From Felis catus (taxonomy: Eukaryota), in contig NC_058368.1 of the NCBI RefSeq assembly GCF_018350175.1, positions 84,074,001 to 84,138,000 of the forward strand: a DNA stretch of 64,000 nucleotides, read 5' to 3'. Shown here in pieces: positions 26,839-40,815 of this stretch (positions are counted from its first letter, which is position 1; each line of letters begins with the position of its first letter). Both the position numbers and the translations under genes were made by a program. The notes under the pieces were generated by a model, which searched no databases, was not told the DNA's origin, and worked only from the letters and a program-made list of their open reading frames with translations.

Positions 26839-28740
26839 GGAAATCAAAGACACAAAAAATGGAAAAAGATTCCACGCTCCTGGATAGGAAGAACAAGTAT
26901 TGTTAAGATGTCGATACTACCCAAAGCAATCTACATATTCAATGCAATCCTTATCAAAGTAACACCAGCATTCTTCACAGAGCTAGAAAAAATAATCCTA
27001 AAATTTTTATGGAACCAGAAAAGACCCCGAATAGCCAAAGCAATCTTGAAGAAGAAAACCAAAGCAGGAGGCATCACAATCCCAGACATCAAGCTATACT
27101 ACAAAGCTGTAATCATCAAGACAGAATGGTACTGGCACAAGAACAGACACTCAGATCAATGCAACAGAATAGAGAACACAGAAATGGACCCACAAACATA
27201 TGGCCAACTAATGTTTGACAAATCAGGAAAGAATATCCAATGGAATAAAGACAATCTCTTCAGCAAGTGGTGCTGGGAAAACTGGACAGTGACATGCAGA
27301 AGAAAGAACCTCGACCACTTTCTTACACCATACACAAAAATAAACTCAACATGGATGAAAGACCTCAGTGTAAGACAGGAAGCCATCAAAATCTTTGAGG
27401 AGAAAGCAGGCAAAAACTCTTTGATCTTGGTCACAGCAACTTCTTCCTCAACACATTTCCAGAGGCAAGGGAAACAAAACCAAAAATGAACCACTAGGAC
27501 CTCATAAAAATAAAAATCTTCTGCACAGTGAAGGAAACAATCAGCAAAACTAAAAGGCAACCAACAGAATGGGAGAAGATATTTGCAAGTGACATATCAG
27601 ATAAAGGGTTAGTATCCAAAATCTGTAAAGAACTTATTAAACTCAACACCCAAAAAAAAAATAATCCAGTGAAGAAATGGACCAATGACATAGAGACATT
27701 TCTCCAAGGAAGACATCCGGATGGCTAACTGACACATGAAAAAATGTTCAACATCACTTATCATCAGGGAAATACAAATCAAAACCCCAATGAGATATCA
27801 TCTCCCACCTGTCAGAATGGCTAACATTAACAACTCGGGAAACAACAGATGTTGGCAAGGATGTGGAGAAAGAGGATCTCTTTTGCACTGTTGGTGGGAA
27901 TGCAAGGTGGTGCAGCCACTCCAGAAAACAGTATGGATGTTCCACAAAAATTGAAAATAGAAGTACCCTACAACCCAGCAGTTGAACTACTAGATATTTA
28001 TCCAAGGGATACAGGTATGTTCTTTCAAAGGGGCACATGCACCCCAATGTTATTGTTGATAGCACTTCTATCAACAATAGCCAAAGTATGGAAAGAGCCC
28101 AAATGTCAGTCAATGGATGAATGGATAAAGAAGATTATATTTATATAAAAATAAATTTATATATATAAATATTTATATTATAATAAATTTATATATATTT
28201 ACATTATAATAAATTTATTTATAAATACATATAAATATAAATTATATATATTTATAAATAAATTTATATGTATATAAATATATATAGGGATATATAATGG
28301 AGTATATTATTTATATTTATATATATATATATATATATATATAATGGAGTATTACTCAGAAATCAAAAAGAATGAAATCTTGTCTTTTGCAACTACGTGG
28401 ATGGAACTAGAGGGTATTATGCTAAGAGAAATTAGTCAGTCAGAGAAAGAGAAATCTCATATGACTTCACTCATATGAGGACTTTAAGATACAGAAAAGA
28501 AGAACACAAGGGAAGGGAAGCAAAAATAATATAAAAGGAGGGAGGGGTACAATACATAAGAGACATTTAAATATGGAGAACAAACAGGGTTACTGGAGGG
28601 GTTGTGGGGGGGGTGGATTAAATAGGTAAAGAGAATTAAGGAATCTACCCCCGAAATCATTGTTGCACTATATGCTAACTAACTTGGATGTAATTACATA
28701 AATCAAAATATTTTTAAAAATCAATAAAAATAAAAAATAA
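26839..28740 (+). mobile_element. LINE-1 3' half, felid-type 3'UTR
   Basis: [13 protein letters not shown]...[16 protein letters not shown]...; 3'UTR and A tail. Confidence 0.92.
28140..28345. repeat. ~200-bp AT-rich low-complexity expansion inside L1
   Basis: ataaatttatatata-type units and (TA)n; duplicated atataatggagtat. Confidence 0.85.
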
Positions 28741-29160
28741 TATCTACACATATGTAATATACATAATAAAGTAAAGTAATTATCACAATGATACTCTCTA
28801 GACATAATGAAAAGGTGGAAGACATGAAGGAGAGCCTAAACACAGAGGTAAAGAATAACATAGCTGAGATAATTGACTCAATAAATAAAAAATAAATAAA
28901 AAAAAAGAAACATGCTTGATAGAATGAACAGCAGGCTGGAAGAATCCAAGAAACAAATCAGTGACATATAAAGGATCAAGTTGAACAAAAGAGAGAAAAT
29001 AACTATAGAAAATCAGAATAGACTTAGTGACCTCAGTGACTCCATCATATGTAATAACAGTTGTATTACAGGAATCCCAGAAAAAAAAAAGAAGAAGAGA
29101 AAAGCAGGCAGAAAATATATATGATAAATAATAGCTGAAAACTTCCTTAATCTGTGGAAG

Positions 29161-30159
29161 GAAAGCTTCTGCACTGCAAAGGAAACGATCAACAAAATGA
29201 AAAGGCAACCAATGGAATGGGAAAACATATTTGCAAATGACATATTGGACAAAGGGCTAGTATCCAAAATCTATAAAGAGCTCACCAAACTCCACACCCA
29301 AAAAACAAATAATCCAGTGAAGAAATGGACAGAAAACATGAATAGACACTTCTCTAATGAAGTCATCCAGATGGCCAACAGGCACATGAAAAGATGCTCA
29401 ATGTCGCTCTTCATCAGGGAAATACAAATCAAAACCACACTCAGATACCACCTTATGCCAGTCAGAGAGGCCAAAATGAACAAATCAGGAGACTATTGAT
29501 GCTGGAGAGGATGTGGAGAAACGGGAACCCTCTTTCACTGTTGGTGGGAATGCAAACTGGTGCAGCCGCTCTGGAAATCAGTGTGGAGGTTCCTAAAAAA
29601 AAATCAAAAATAGACCTACCCTATGATCCAGCAATAGCACTACTAGGAATTTACCCAAGGGATACAGGAGTACTGATGCATAGGGGCACTTGTACCCCAA
29701 TGTTTATAGCAGCACTCTCAACAATAGCCAAATTATGGAAAGAGCCTAAATGTCCATCAACTGATGAATGGATAAAGAAATTGTGGTTTGTATGCACAAT
29801 AGAATACTACTTGGCAATGAGAAAGAATGAAATATGGCCTTTTGTAGCAACATGGATGGAACTGGAGAGTGTTATGCTAAGTGAAATAAGTCATACAGAG
29901 AAAGACAGATACCATATGTTTTCACTCTTATGTGGATCCTGAGAAACTTAACAGAAGACCATGGGGGAGGGAAAGGAAAAAAAAAGTTAGGGAGGAAGTC
30001 AAACTATAAAAGACTCTTAAAAACTGAGAACAATCTGAGGGTTGATGGGGGGTGGGAGGGAGGGGAGGGAGGGTGATGGATATTGAGGAGGGGACTTGTT
30101 GGGATGAGCACTGGATGTTGTATGAAAACCAATTTGACAATAAATTTCATATAAAAAAA
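29161..30159 (+). mobile_element. 5'-truncated young felid LINE-1 (~1 kb) nested in ORF1 of the older L1
   Basis: Very similar to 22600-23600 of the full-length element; A tail at 30152-30159. Confidence 0.92.
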
Positions 30160-31962
30160 CAGCAAGGCAAAGAAAAGGGTAACATACAAGGGAATTCTTG
30201 TAATGTTATCAGGGCGAGATTTACCAAGCCAGAAGGTAGTGACATGATATATTCAAAGTGTTGAATGGGAAAAATCTGTAGCCCACAATACTCTCTCCAG
30301 AAGGGCTATCATCCATAATGGAGGAAGACATAAAGAGTTTCACATACAAGCAAAAACTAAAGGAGTTCATTACCACTAAACCAGCCCTGCAGGAAATATA
30401 AAAACAGACTATTTGGGTGAAAGAAAAGACTATAAGTGACAATATGAATGTAGGAAACACAAAAGCAGAAAAAAAATGAATATTTCTGTACAATATCTGT
30501 TAAGGAACTGAAAAATAAAAGGATATAAAATATAACACCATTTACCTAAAATGTGGGGAGGAAAAGAGTTTTTACTCTTTGAACTCTATGGGTTCAAACA
30601 TAAATGACCATCAGCTTAATATAAACTGCCATATGCAGATATTATATACAAACCTAATGTAACCACAAATCAAAAATCACTAATAAATAGGCAAAGAATA
30701 TAGATAAAGGAATCCACTATACCCATAAAGTAAACTAGCAAAGCATTAAAGAAAGCAAGAGGAAAAAGAATTTGGGAAAAAGCACAGGAAAAAAAACCAC
30801 AAAACTAGTAACAAACTAGAAATAAATACACATCTACCAACAATTTCTTTGAAAATAATGGAGTAAATGTTCAAATCAAAAACCACAGAGTTATAGAATG
30901 AATAAAAAGACAAGACCCATCTATACATTGCCTGCAGGAGACTCATTTTAGACCTAAAATCTGCAAAATGAAAGTGAGAGGATGGAGAAACATTTATCAT
31001 GCAAATGGATGTCAAAAGGAAGCTGGAGTAGCGATAGTCATATCAGACAAAATAGATTTGAAACAAATACTTTAACAAGAGACAAAGAATACCATATAAT
31101 AATAAAAAGGACAATCCAACAAGAAAATATGACAATTGTAAATATTTATGCACCCAACATGAGAGAAACCAAATACATAAAACAGTTAATAACAAACATA
31201 AAGGAACTAGTTGATTATAATAATACAATAATAATAGGAGACTTTAACATTACACTTATATCAAAGGATGTATTGTCTAGTGAGAAAATCAACAAGGAAA
31301 CAATAGATTTGAATGATACACTGCAACATATGGATTTAACAGATACATTCACAACATTCCATCCTAAAATAGCGTAATACACATTCTTTTCAAGCGCACA
31401 CTGGATATTTTCCAGAATAGACCACATATTAGGTCACAAAACAAGCTTCAACAAATTCAAGAAGTTTGAAGTCAGACCACACACATTTTCTGACCATAAT
31501 GTGATGAAACTTGAAGTCAACAACAAGAAAAAATCTAGAAAGACCACAAATACATAGGGCTAAATTACATGCTACTAAACAATGAATGGGTCATCAGTAA
31601 ATCAAACAAGAAATTTAGAAGTACATGGAAATAAAATGCAAACACAATTGTTGAGAACCTTTGAGATGCAGCAAAAACAATCTTAAAACAAAAGTATATA
31701 AGAATACAGACTTATGTTCAAGAAGCAAGAAAAATGTCAAATAGATAACCTAATCTTAACCTAAAGGAGTTAGGGAAAGAACAGCCAAAGCCTAAGACAG
31801 CAAAAGGAAGAAAACAATTAATACTATAGAAGAAATAAATTATCTGGAAACTAATAAAACACCAGAACAGATCAATGAAACCAGTAGCTGGTTCTTTGAA
31901 CAAATTAATGCAATATATAAACCTTTAGCTAGAATTATCAAAACAAAAAGGAATAAGGAGAT

Positions 31963-32140
31963 GGGGTCTGGGTGGCTCGGTGTGTTGAGTGTCTGACTCT
32001 TGATTTCAGGTCTGGTCATGGGATCGAGTTCCACGTTGGGCTCCAGGCTGAGCGTGGAGCCTGACCCTCTACCCCCAGTCACATGCACTCTCTTTCTCTA
32101 AAACAAAACAAAACAAAAACAAAAACATAACAAAAAAAAT
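31963..32140 (+). mobile_element. Can-SINE (shorter/older type)
   Basis: ggggtctgggtggctcgg head, (CAAAA)n tail, aata(a)ggaga TSD-like. Confidence 0.82.
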
Positions 32141-32435
32141 AGGAGAAAGTACTCAAATAAATAAAATCACAAGGAGAGACAAGAAAAATCCACTAACACC
32201 AGAAAAACACAATTATAAGAGAATATTATGAAAAAAGCTATATGCCAACAAGTTGTAAAAACGGGAGGAAATGGATGAATTTCAAGAACATATAATGTAC
32301 CAAAAATGAAAAATAAAGAAATAGAAATTTTGAACATACTGATAACTAGCAAAGAAATTGGATCAGTAATCAAAAATCTGCCAACAAACTGTAGTCCAGG
32401 GCCAGATGTCTTCCCAGGTAGATTTTACCAAACAT

Positions 32436-32636
32436 CTTTTTTATGTTTATTTATTTATTTTTGAGAGAAAGAGAGCAGGGGAGGGTCAGAGAGAAAGAGA
32501 GAAATTGAATCCCCAGCAGGCTCTGTGCTGAGAGCACTGAGCCCAGTGCAGGGTTTGAACCCACGAATTGTGAGATCATGGCAGCAGCTGAAATCAGGAG
32601 TAGAATACTTAACTGACTGAGCCACCCAGCCGCCCC
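32436..32636 (-). mobile_element. Can-SINE
   Basis: Reverse SINE; TSD-like taccaaacatc / tatcaaacatt. Confidence 0.9.
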
Positions 32637-34797
32637 TCTATCAAACATTTAAAGAGATATCTATTCTTCTCAAACTATTCCAAAACGTATAAAAGGAAGG
32701 AAAACTTCCAAACTCATTCTATGAGGCAAGCATTACCCTGATACCAAAGCCAGAAAAAGATTCCTATAAAAAAAAACTACAGGCTGATATCCCTGATGAA
32801 TATAGATGCAAAAATCCTCAACAAAATACTAGCAAACTGTATTCAACAATACATTAAAAAGTAGGCTTTATTCCTGAGCTGCATGGGTGGTTCAATATTT
32901 GCAAATCAATGAACATGATACATCACTTCAATAAGAGAAAGGATAAGAACCATACGATCATTTCAATAGATGCAGACAAAGCATTTGACAAAGTACAACA
33001 TCCCTTCATGATAAAACATCTCAACAAATTAGGTTTAGAGGGAACATAACTCAACATAATAAAGGCCATCCATGAAAAACCCACAGTTAATATCATCATA
33101 AATGAAGAAAACCTGAGAGCTTTGACTCTATGGTCAAGAACAAGACAGAGATGTTAATTATCTCCACTGTTATTTAACATAGTACTGCATATCCTAAGCC
33201 ATGGAATCAGACAACAAAAAGAGATAAAAGGAATCTAAATTGTCAAGGAAGAAGTCAAACTTTCACTCTTCCCAGATGACATGACTCTCCACCAATAAAC
33301 TGCTAGAACTGATATACAAATGTAATAAAGTTGCAGGATACAAAATCAATGTACAGAAATATTTTGCATTTATATACATAAATAATGAAGCAGCAGAAAG
33401 AGAAATTAAGATATCAACCCCATTTACAATTGCATCAAAAACCGTAAGACCCCTGGGAATAAACCTAACCAAAGATATGAAAGATCTGTACTCTGAAAAC
33501 TATAAAACATTGATGAAAGGAATGAAGATGACACACAAAAAATGGAAAGGCATTCTTTACTCATGGATTGAAGTAACAAATATTGTGAAAATGTCTATAC
33601 TGACCACAGTCACCTACACAATTAATGCAATCTGTATCAAAATACCAGCAGCATTTTGGACACAGAAAGAACAAACAATCCTAAAATTGGTACAGTACCA
33701 CAAAAGACTCTGAATAGCCAGAACAATCTCAAAAAAGAAAAGCAAATCCAGAAGCATCACAATTCTGGACTTCAGGTTATATTAAAAAGCTGTAGTAATA
33801 AAAACAGTATGATCCTGGCACAAAAATGACACGTAGATCAATGAAAAAGAATTAAATACATACAAATTAATCCGCAACCATATAGTCAATTAATCTTCAA
33901 CAAAGCAGGAAATAATTTCCAATAGGAAAAACACTCTTCAAAAATAGCATTGGGAAAACTGAACAGCAACATGCAAAAGAATGAAACTGGGCCGCTTTCT
34001 TACACCATACACAAATATAAATTCAAAATGGATTAAAGACCTAAAAGTGAGACATGAAATATAAAAAGCTGAGAAGACAACACAGACAGTAACCTCTTGA
34101 CATCAACCACAGCAATTTTTTTTTCTAGTTATGTCCCCTAAGGCAAGGGAAACAAAAACATAAACAAGCTATTGGGATTTCATTTAAAAAAAAAAATCTG
34201 CACAGTGAAGGAAACAATTAAAGCCAAAAGGAACCTATGGCATCGGGGAGTATATTTGCAATTGAAATATCTAATAAATGATTAGTATCCAAATTTTTTG
34301 AAGAACTTATAAAACTCAACACCCAAAAGACACATAATCTAATTTAAAAATGGGCAGAAGACATGAATAGATATTTTTCCAAAGAAGACATCCAGATGGC
34401 CAACAGACACATGAAAAGATTCTCAACATCACTCATAAACAGGGAAATACAAATTAGAACTACAATGAGATATCACCTCACATCTGTCAGCATGGCTAAA
34501 ATCAATAACACAAAAAACTACATGTGTTGGCAAGGATACAGAGAAAAGGGAACCCTCTTGCACTATTGATGAATGCAAACTTGTGTATTCACTGTGGAAA
34601 ACAGTATGGAGATTCTGCAAAAAGTTAATAACAGAACTACCCTACAAACTAGCAATTGCACTACTAGGTATTTACCCCAAAAACAGAAAAAAATGCTAAT
34701 TTAAAGGCATATAGGCACTGATGTTTTTAGAAGCATTTTATGCAATAGCCAAATTATGGAAACAGCACAAGTGCCCATTGACTGATTAACAGATAAA

Positions 34798-34842
<45 letters not shown>

Positions 34843-35224
34843 CATTAAAAAGAATGTTGTTGTCATTTGCAATGACATGGATGCAGCTAAAAAATATTTT
34901 GCTAAGTGATTTCAGTCAGAGAAAGACAAATACCATATTATTTCACTTATATGTGGAATTCAAAAAACAACACAAGGGAGTAAAAGGAAAGAGAGAGAGA
35001 GGCAAACCAAGAAACAGACTCTTAGCTATAGAGAATCAACTGATACTTACCAGAGAGGAGGTGGGTGGAGAGATGGGTTAAATAGGTGATGGGAATTAAG
35101 GGATACACTTGTTGTGATGACACTACGTGTTGTATCGAAGTTTGAATTCCTATATTGTAGACCTGAAACTAATATAACACCATATGTTAACTAATTGGAA
35201 TTTGCTAATAAATTTAAAATAGTG

Positions 35225-35895
35225 CTATCCCACTTCTGGGTAGCTAAAGGAAATGAAATTTGGTTCAGAGATATGTACACTCCCATGTTCACTGAAGCAT
35301 TATTCACAATAACCAAGATATGGAAACATCTTAAGTATTCATTACAGATGAACAAAGAAAAAAATGTCATAAGGTGTTTATTATTCAATCTTAAAAATTA
35401 AGTAAATCCTGCCATTTGCAACAACATGAATACACAATAGGACATTATACTAAGAAAATAAACCAGATACACAAAGACAAATATGCATAATTTCATTTAT
35501 ATGTACAATCTAAAAATAGTAAAACTCATAGAAGCAGAGGGTTTAATGATGGTTCCAGGGTCTGGGAGAAGGGTGAAGTGGGGAGATGTTTATCAAAGGG
35601 TACAAAGTTTCAATTATGCAAGATGAATAAGTTCTGGAGATCTAATGTACAGCAATTACAACATGAGTTAACAAACTGTATTATGTACTTGAAATTTGCT
35701 AAAGGGTAGATCTTAAGTATTCTTTTCATACTCACAAAAAAATGGGAACCATGTTAATTTATGATTATATTAATCAACTTGATTGTGGTGTTTATTTAAC
35801 AATGTATACATATGTGAAGTCATCAAATTGTACAACTTAAATATGCACTATTTTTGTTTGTCAATAATACTGCAATAAACCTGGAAAAATTCATT
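35225..35895 (+). mobile_element. L1MA-type 3' end
   Basis: tgaataagttctggagatctaatgtacagc and gaaatttgctaaagggtagatcttaag motifs. Confidence 0.78.
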
Positions 35896-35949
35896 TAAAA
35901 ACGTTCTCATTTATTAAAAAAAAATCTCATGTTCTCCTCACATTAAAAA

Positions 35950-36600
35950 AATGGGGGTCCTCTTATATTTCTGGTGGTAATATAAAATGTTGCAGCTGCC
36001 GTGGAAAATTGTTTGGTATTTCTCAAATGTTAAACATAAAATTACCAAATGATCCAGCAATTGCAGTCTTAGATATATACCCAAAAGAACTGAAAATAAG
36101 AACTCAGATACTTCTATGCCTTTGTTTATAGCAACGTTATTCAGTAGTCAGAAGATTGAAAGGACCTGAGAGTCCATCAACAGATGACTAGAAAAACAAA
36201 ATGTGGTACAGACATATAAAAATGTGGTGGAGTATTATTTGCCTTTAAAAAGGATGAAATTCTAATACATACTACGACATGGATGAAACTTGAAAACAAG
36301 CAAAGTGTAATAAGCTAGGCATAGAAGGACAAATATTGTATGATTTTGTTTTTATAAAGCATCTAGAATAGGCAAATTCATAGAGACAGAAAGTAGAACA
36401 ATGTTTATAGAGGGACCAAGATGAGGGAAAAATTGGGAGTTATTGCAGTTTTCACATGGGATGATGAAAATATTTGGAAATGGTAGTAATGATTTCAAAA
36501 CATTGTGAATGTAATTAATGCCACTGAATTGTACATTTTAATATGGTTAAAATGACAATTTTATGTTATATATATTTTACTACATTAAAAATATTATAAC
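35950..36600 (+). mobile_element. L1MB-type 3' end
   Basis: ctagaataggcaaattcatagagacagaaagtaga and aatgccactgaattgtaca motifs. Confidence 0.78.
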
Positions 36601-36681
36601 AAGTAGCACTGTATCTTATGTCAGTCTCCAGTGGCATTATGTTTAGTAATTCTTGAGCACTTATGTATCTAACTGTGAACA

Positions 36682-36724
<43 letters not shown>

Positions 36725-36731
<7 letters not shown>

Positions 36732-37625
36732 TTCTTCCATTCTATGAGCATTGAATCTTTCCATTTGTGTCATCTTCAATTTATTTTTTTTAACGTTTAT
36801 TTATTTTTGGGACAGAGAGAGACAGAGCATGAATGGGGGAGGGGCAGAGAGAGAGGGAGACACAGAATCGGAAACAGGCTCCAGGCTCTGAGCCATCAGC
36901 CCAGAGCCCGACTCGGGGCTCGAACTCACGGACCGCGAGATCGTGACCTGGCTGAAGTCGGACGCTTAACTGACTGCGCCACCCAGGCGCCCCTCAATTT
37001 ATTTTATCAATATTTTATAGTTTTCAGAGCATAGGTCTTTCATCTTCTTTGTTAAATTTATTCCCAAGTATTTTATTCCTTTTGGTAAAACTGCAAATTG
37101 TATTTTTGTAAATTTTACTCTTTGTTACTTTGTTATTAGCATATAGAAATGCAACAGATTTTGCATATTATTTTTTTTTTCCTACAACTTACTGAATTTA
37201 TTTGTTTGTTCTAGTAGTATTTTGGTGGAATCTTTAGGATTTTCTAGTGTGGTATCATATCATCTGCAAATAATGACAATTTAACTTCCTTACCTTTTTG
37301 ATACATTTTACTTCTTTTGTTTGTCTTATTGCTGTGGTTAGGTCTTTCAATACTATATTGAATAGAAGTGGTAGGAGTGGATATCTTTGCCCTGTTTCTG
37401 ATCTTAAAGGAATAGTTCTTAGCTTTTCTTCATTGAGTAGGTTAGATGTAGATTTATCTATATAGCCTTTGTTATGGTGAGATAGAGTTCTTCTAAACCC
37501 ACTTTGTTGAGTGTTTTTATCATGAATGGATGCTGAACTTTGTCAAATGCTTTTTTCTGCATCATAATGATCATATGATTCTTATCTTTCCTTTTGTTAA
37601 ATGATGTATCACATTGATTGCAGTA
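36725..37625 (-). mobile_element. LINE-1 ORF2 RT fragment
   Basis: Minus-strand [15 protein letters not shown]; atcatctgcaaa (FADD region). Confidence 0.83.
36788..36993 (-). mobile_element. Young felid Can-SINE (SINEC_Fc-like) with 12-bp TSD
   Basis: Many intact CpGs; TSD TCAATTTATTTT at 36776-36787 and 36994-37005. Confidence 0.95.
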
Positions 37626-37857
37626 AGTTGTTAAATAAAAGGTACAATCAAAAAAGGATTCAGAGTACACTTATCTCCATAAGCACTGAGAAATATATAG
37701 AATTGTGAAATCTTTATATTTCATTCCTGAAACTAATATAACAGTATATTAATTATACTTGAATAAAATAAATAAATGGTGAGGCTTTTTGAGAGAAAGA
37801 AAATAAGAGAGATGAATTCTCTATCAGGTGCTTAGGTACTTATAAAGAGAGAAGATA

Positions 37858-38063
37858 GGGTCCCTGTGTGACTCAGTTAAGCATCCAACTCTTGATTTCG
37901 GCTCAGGTCATGATCTCATGGTTCATGAGATTGAGCCCCTTCATTGGGCTCCATGCTGACAGTGAATCCCTGCTTGAGATGCTCTCTCTCTCACCCCCCC
38001 CCCCGCCCTTCCCTGCTTTCTCATTCTCTCTCTCTTTCTCAAAAATAATAAGTAAACTTTTAA
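37858..38063 (+). mobile_element. Can-SINE
   Basis: TSD aaagagagaagata on both sides. Confidence 0.92.
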
Positions 38064-38109
38064 AAAGAGAGAAGATAATAACCACATAATTAAATATACA
38101 TTTTTAAAA

Positions 38110-38386
38110 AAGAAATAACAGGTGTTGGTGAGAATTTGTAGAAAAAAGAACCCTTATGTACTTTGGTGGAAATGTAAATTGGTACAGCCATTATGCAAGA
38201 GTATAGAAAAACCCTTAAAATTTGGGGGCACCTGGGTGGCTTAGTTGGTTAGGTGTCCGACTCTTGATTTCAGCTCAGGTAACGATCTCACAGTTGTAAG
38301 ATCAAGCCCCACATCAGGCTCTACACTGAGTGTGGAGTCTGCTTAAGATTTTCTCTCTCTCTCCCTTTTCCCCTCTCCCCTGCTCA

Positions 38387-38435
<49 letters not shown>

Positions 38436-39030
38436 ACAAAAAAATAGAGTTTCCTTTAAAAATTAAAAATAGAACTACCATATGATCCAGTAATTCCATT
38501 ACTAGGTATTCACCCTCCAAAAGTGAAAACATTAATTCAAAAATATATATGAACCTCTGTGTGTTTTCCAGCATTATTTACAGTAGCCAAAATATGGAAC
38601 AATGCAAGCATCCATCAATATATGAATGGACAAAGATGTGAGATGTACATATACATACAACACACAATGGAGTATTACCCAGGCATAAAAAATAATGAAA
38701 CCTTCCTATTTGCAACAACATAGATGGACTTAGCAGGTCCATGGAGGATGTAATGCTAAGCGAAAAAAATCAGTCCGAGAAAGACAAACCATGTGATTTC
38801 ACTCTTATATGGAATTAAACAAAACAATTAAAAAAAAAAAAGAAAGAAAAAAAGAGGTAAAAAAAAACCACTCTTAAATGTAGAGAACACATTGTGGTTG
38901 TCAGAGGGGAAGAAGGGTGGGGATGACAAAATAGATGAGCACTGAGAAATGCATAGAATTGTTGAATCATTATACTGTACACTTAAGACTAATATGACAC
39001 TACATGTTAATTATACTTCATTTTTTTTAA
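38110..39030 (+). mobile_element. LINE-1 3' end with nested Can-SINE
   Basis: aataacaggtgttggtgag..., tagaactaccatatgatccag, 3'UTR. Confidence 0.83.
38224..38445 (+). mobile_element. Can-SINE
   Basis: gggggcacctgggtggc head, long (CT)n, A tail. Confidence 0.92.
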
Positions 39031-40589
39031 AAATCACTTGATTATCCATATGAAAGCATCAATATATATTGAGTTTTCTGGTTATACAGGTGCCCCAGGG
39101 GGGCCTTGGAATTGTGTGTTCAGTTCCTCAGGTCCTCAGTGGTGCTGGCTCCCAGGGGCATGCTCTAATAATGCCCTCCACACCATGATTCTCAGTGGAA
39201 GCTGATTATCTTGAATTTGTGCTGCCTACTCAGGGAACATTTCTGTGTCTCAGAGCCACCCTCCAGGTGTAGTCCAACAGCACGGGCTGGGAGGGAGTGC
39301 TCTGAAGTCACCTCATGACTTCTCCAAAAAGCACACGGTTCAGAGCAGCTGGACATGTCCATGGGTCTGTGTGCATTATGATTCAACTTCCCTCATTCAT
39401 TTTATCAAAGACCAGACAGAAGTGACAGGTTCTGTCAGTTCTCTGTAGACACAGCCTGAACCACCATGGAAAATTCACTTTTCTGGGATTTAGTCCTCTC
39501 ACCATTAATTCAAAGTCTGGAGAGCAATTTCATACAAATAAAAATAATTATCTGAACTCTCTCCAATAAGACAGTGTGAAAATCAGCTTTAAGTTTTCCT
39601 CAATTCCTTAGGGATGAGATAAAGCCAAAATACCTTTTGTGGCAGATTATAACTAGAGTTAAGTCCAGATAAACAGACTGACATTTTAAATATTATTAAT
39701 GATTGAATGAATGAAAATAATCAATTTACATTATTATATTTACTATTTAATAAGTATTATGGTAATAATAATGGAAATAAAAGGTGAAAGAATAATCCAT
39801 CACTCATCATCTCAAGATTTAAATCCTCTTCCATATCTTTTCTGTATGAAATATGGAATTTTTATCATTGCAATTATAGTTTCATATTCTGCTTTATGGT
39901 TTCATTATTTTCATAAGATTCCTTTCACATTGCTAGATATTTTAAGTATATGTCATTTTCAAACGATTAATGATACTCCATGGGGTGAACCTAACAAAAT
40001 TTGTTTACTTATTTCCCTATAGCTAGGCATTTGTTTTATCCCATTTTGTACTAATTTAGGCTAAGCTATATGGACTATATTTATGCACATAACTTTACCA
40101 TCCTTATTAATAATTTATTTAGCATAAATTTCCAGAAATGAAACTAATGGATCAAAATGTTTTGTGAATGTTGTGTTAATTTACACAGCTACAAGCAAAA
40201 TTTGAATGTGTACACAAAATTTAGGTATGTACAATGTTGGCTTAGATATTTAAAAAACAGTACTTGGGGGTTGTTCCATCTGCAGGCTTATTTGAAAGAT
40301 CAGGACTGTTCCAGCTGTCTACTGTTTTGATGGGTTTGATGGACCTGAACATTCCAGCTCTTAAACTAGTCAGCTGAAGTCAGAATGAAATGATTACTCT
40401 TGAAAACTCTCAATTCTTCACTAATCATTTGAGTAAGTGGTTTTCATTGTTGGTGGTGATGTAGTGGTAAAATGTGTGTTTTCTGATTTGGTTTGGAAAT
40501 GCAAACCCAGTGAAAAATCCCCAAGACATTCTAGAGTCACTTAGTGGAAAACACACCTCTAACTAAATGAGGCTTTGGGGAACGACATT

Positions 40590-40815
40590 CCTTGCTTAAA
40601 ATCCTGGCTCTGCCTCCTGCTGATAGTGCAGGCTTGAGAAAGTTGCTTAAACTTTCCAGGCCTCCATGTTACCCACAGATGTAATAATCCATACTTCTTT
40701 ATGGTTGGTGTAAGCATGTAAAAATCATGGCTCAATGACTGACACATGGCTCAATGACTGACAATGACAATGACTGTGACTGAAGTGCACAACAAATGGT
40801 AGTTATTAATATTAT
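40590..40815 (+). mobile_element. MIR with internal 19-bp tandem duplication
   Basis: aaatcctggctctgcc...agttgcttaaact; catggctcaatgactgaca x2; aaatggtagttatta end. Confidence 0.6.

Larger units (their letters stand above)
28780..35220 (+). mobile_element. Older near-complete LINE-1 (ORF1 remnant, ORF2, 3'UTR) with nested insertions
   Basis: ORF1-like atagctgaaaacttcc / accactaaaccagccctgcag; ORF2 NIYAPN, IIGDFN; 3' end near 35200. Confidence 0.87.
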
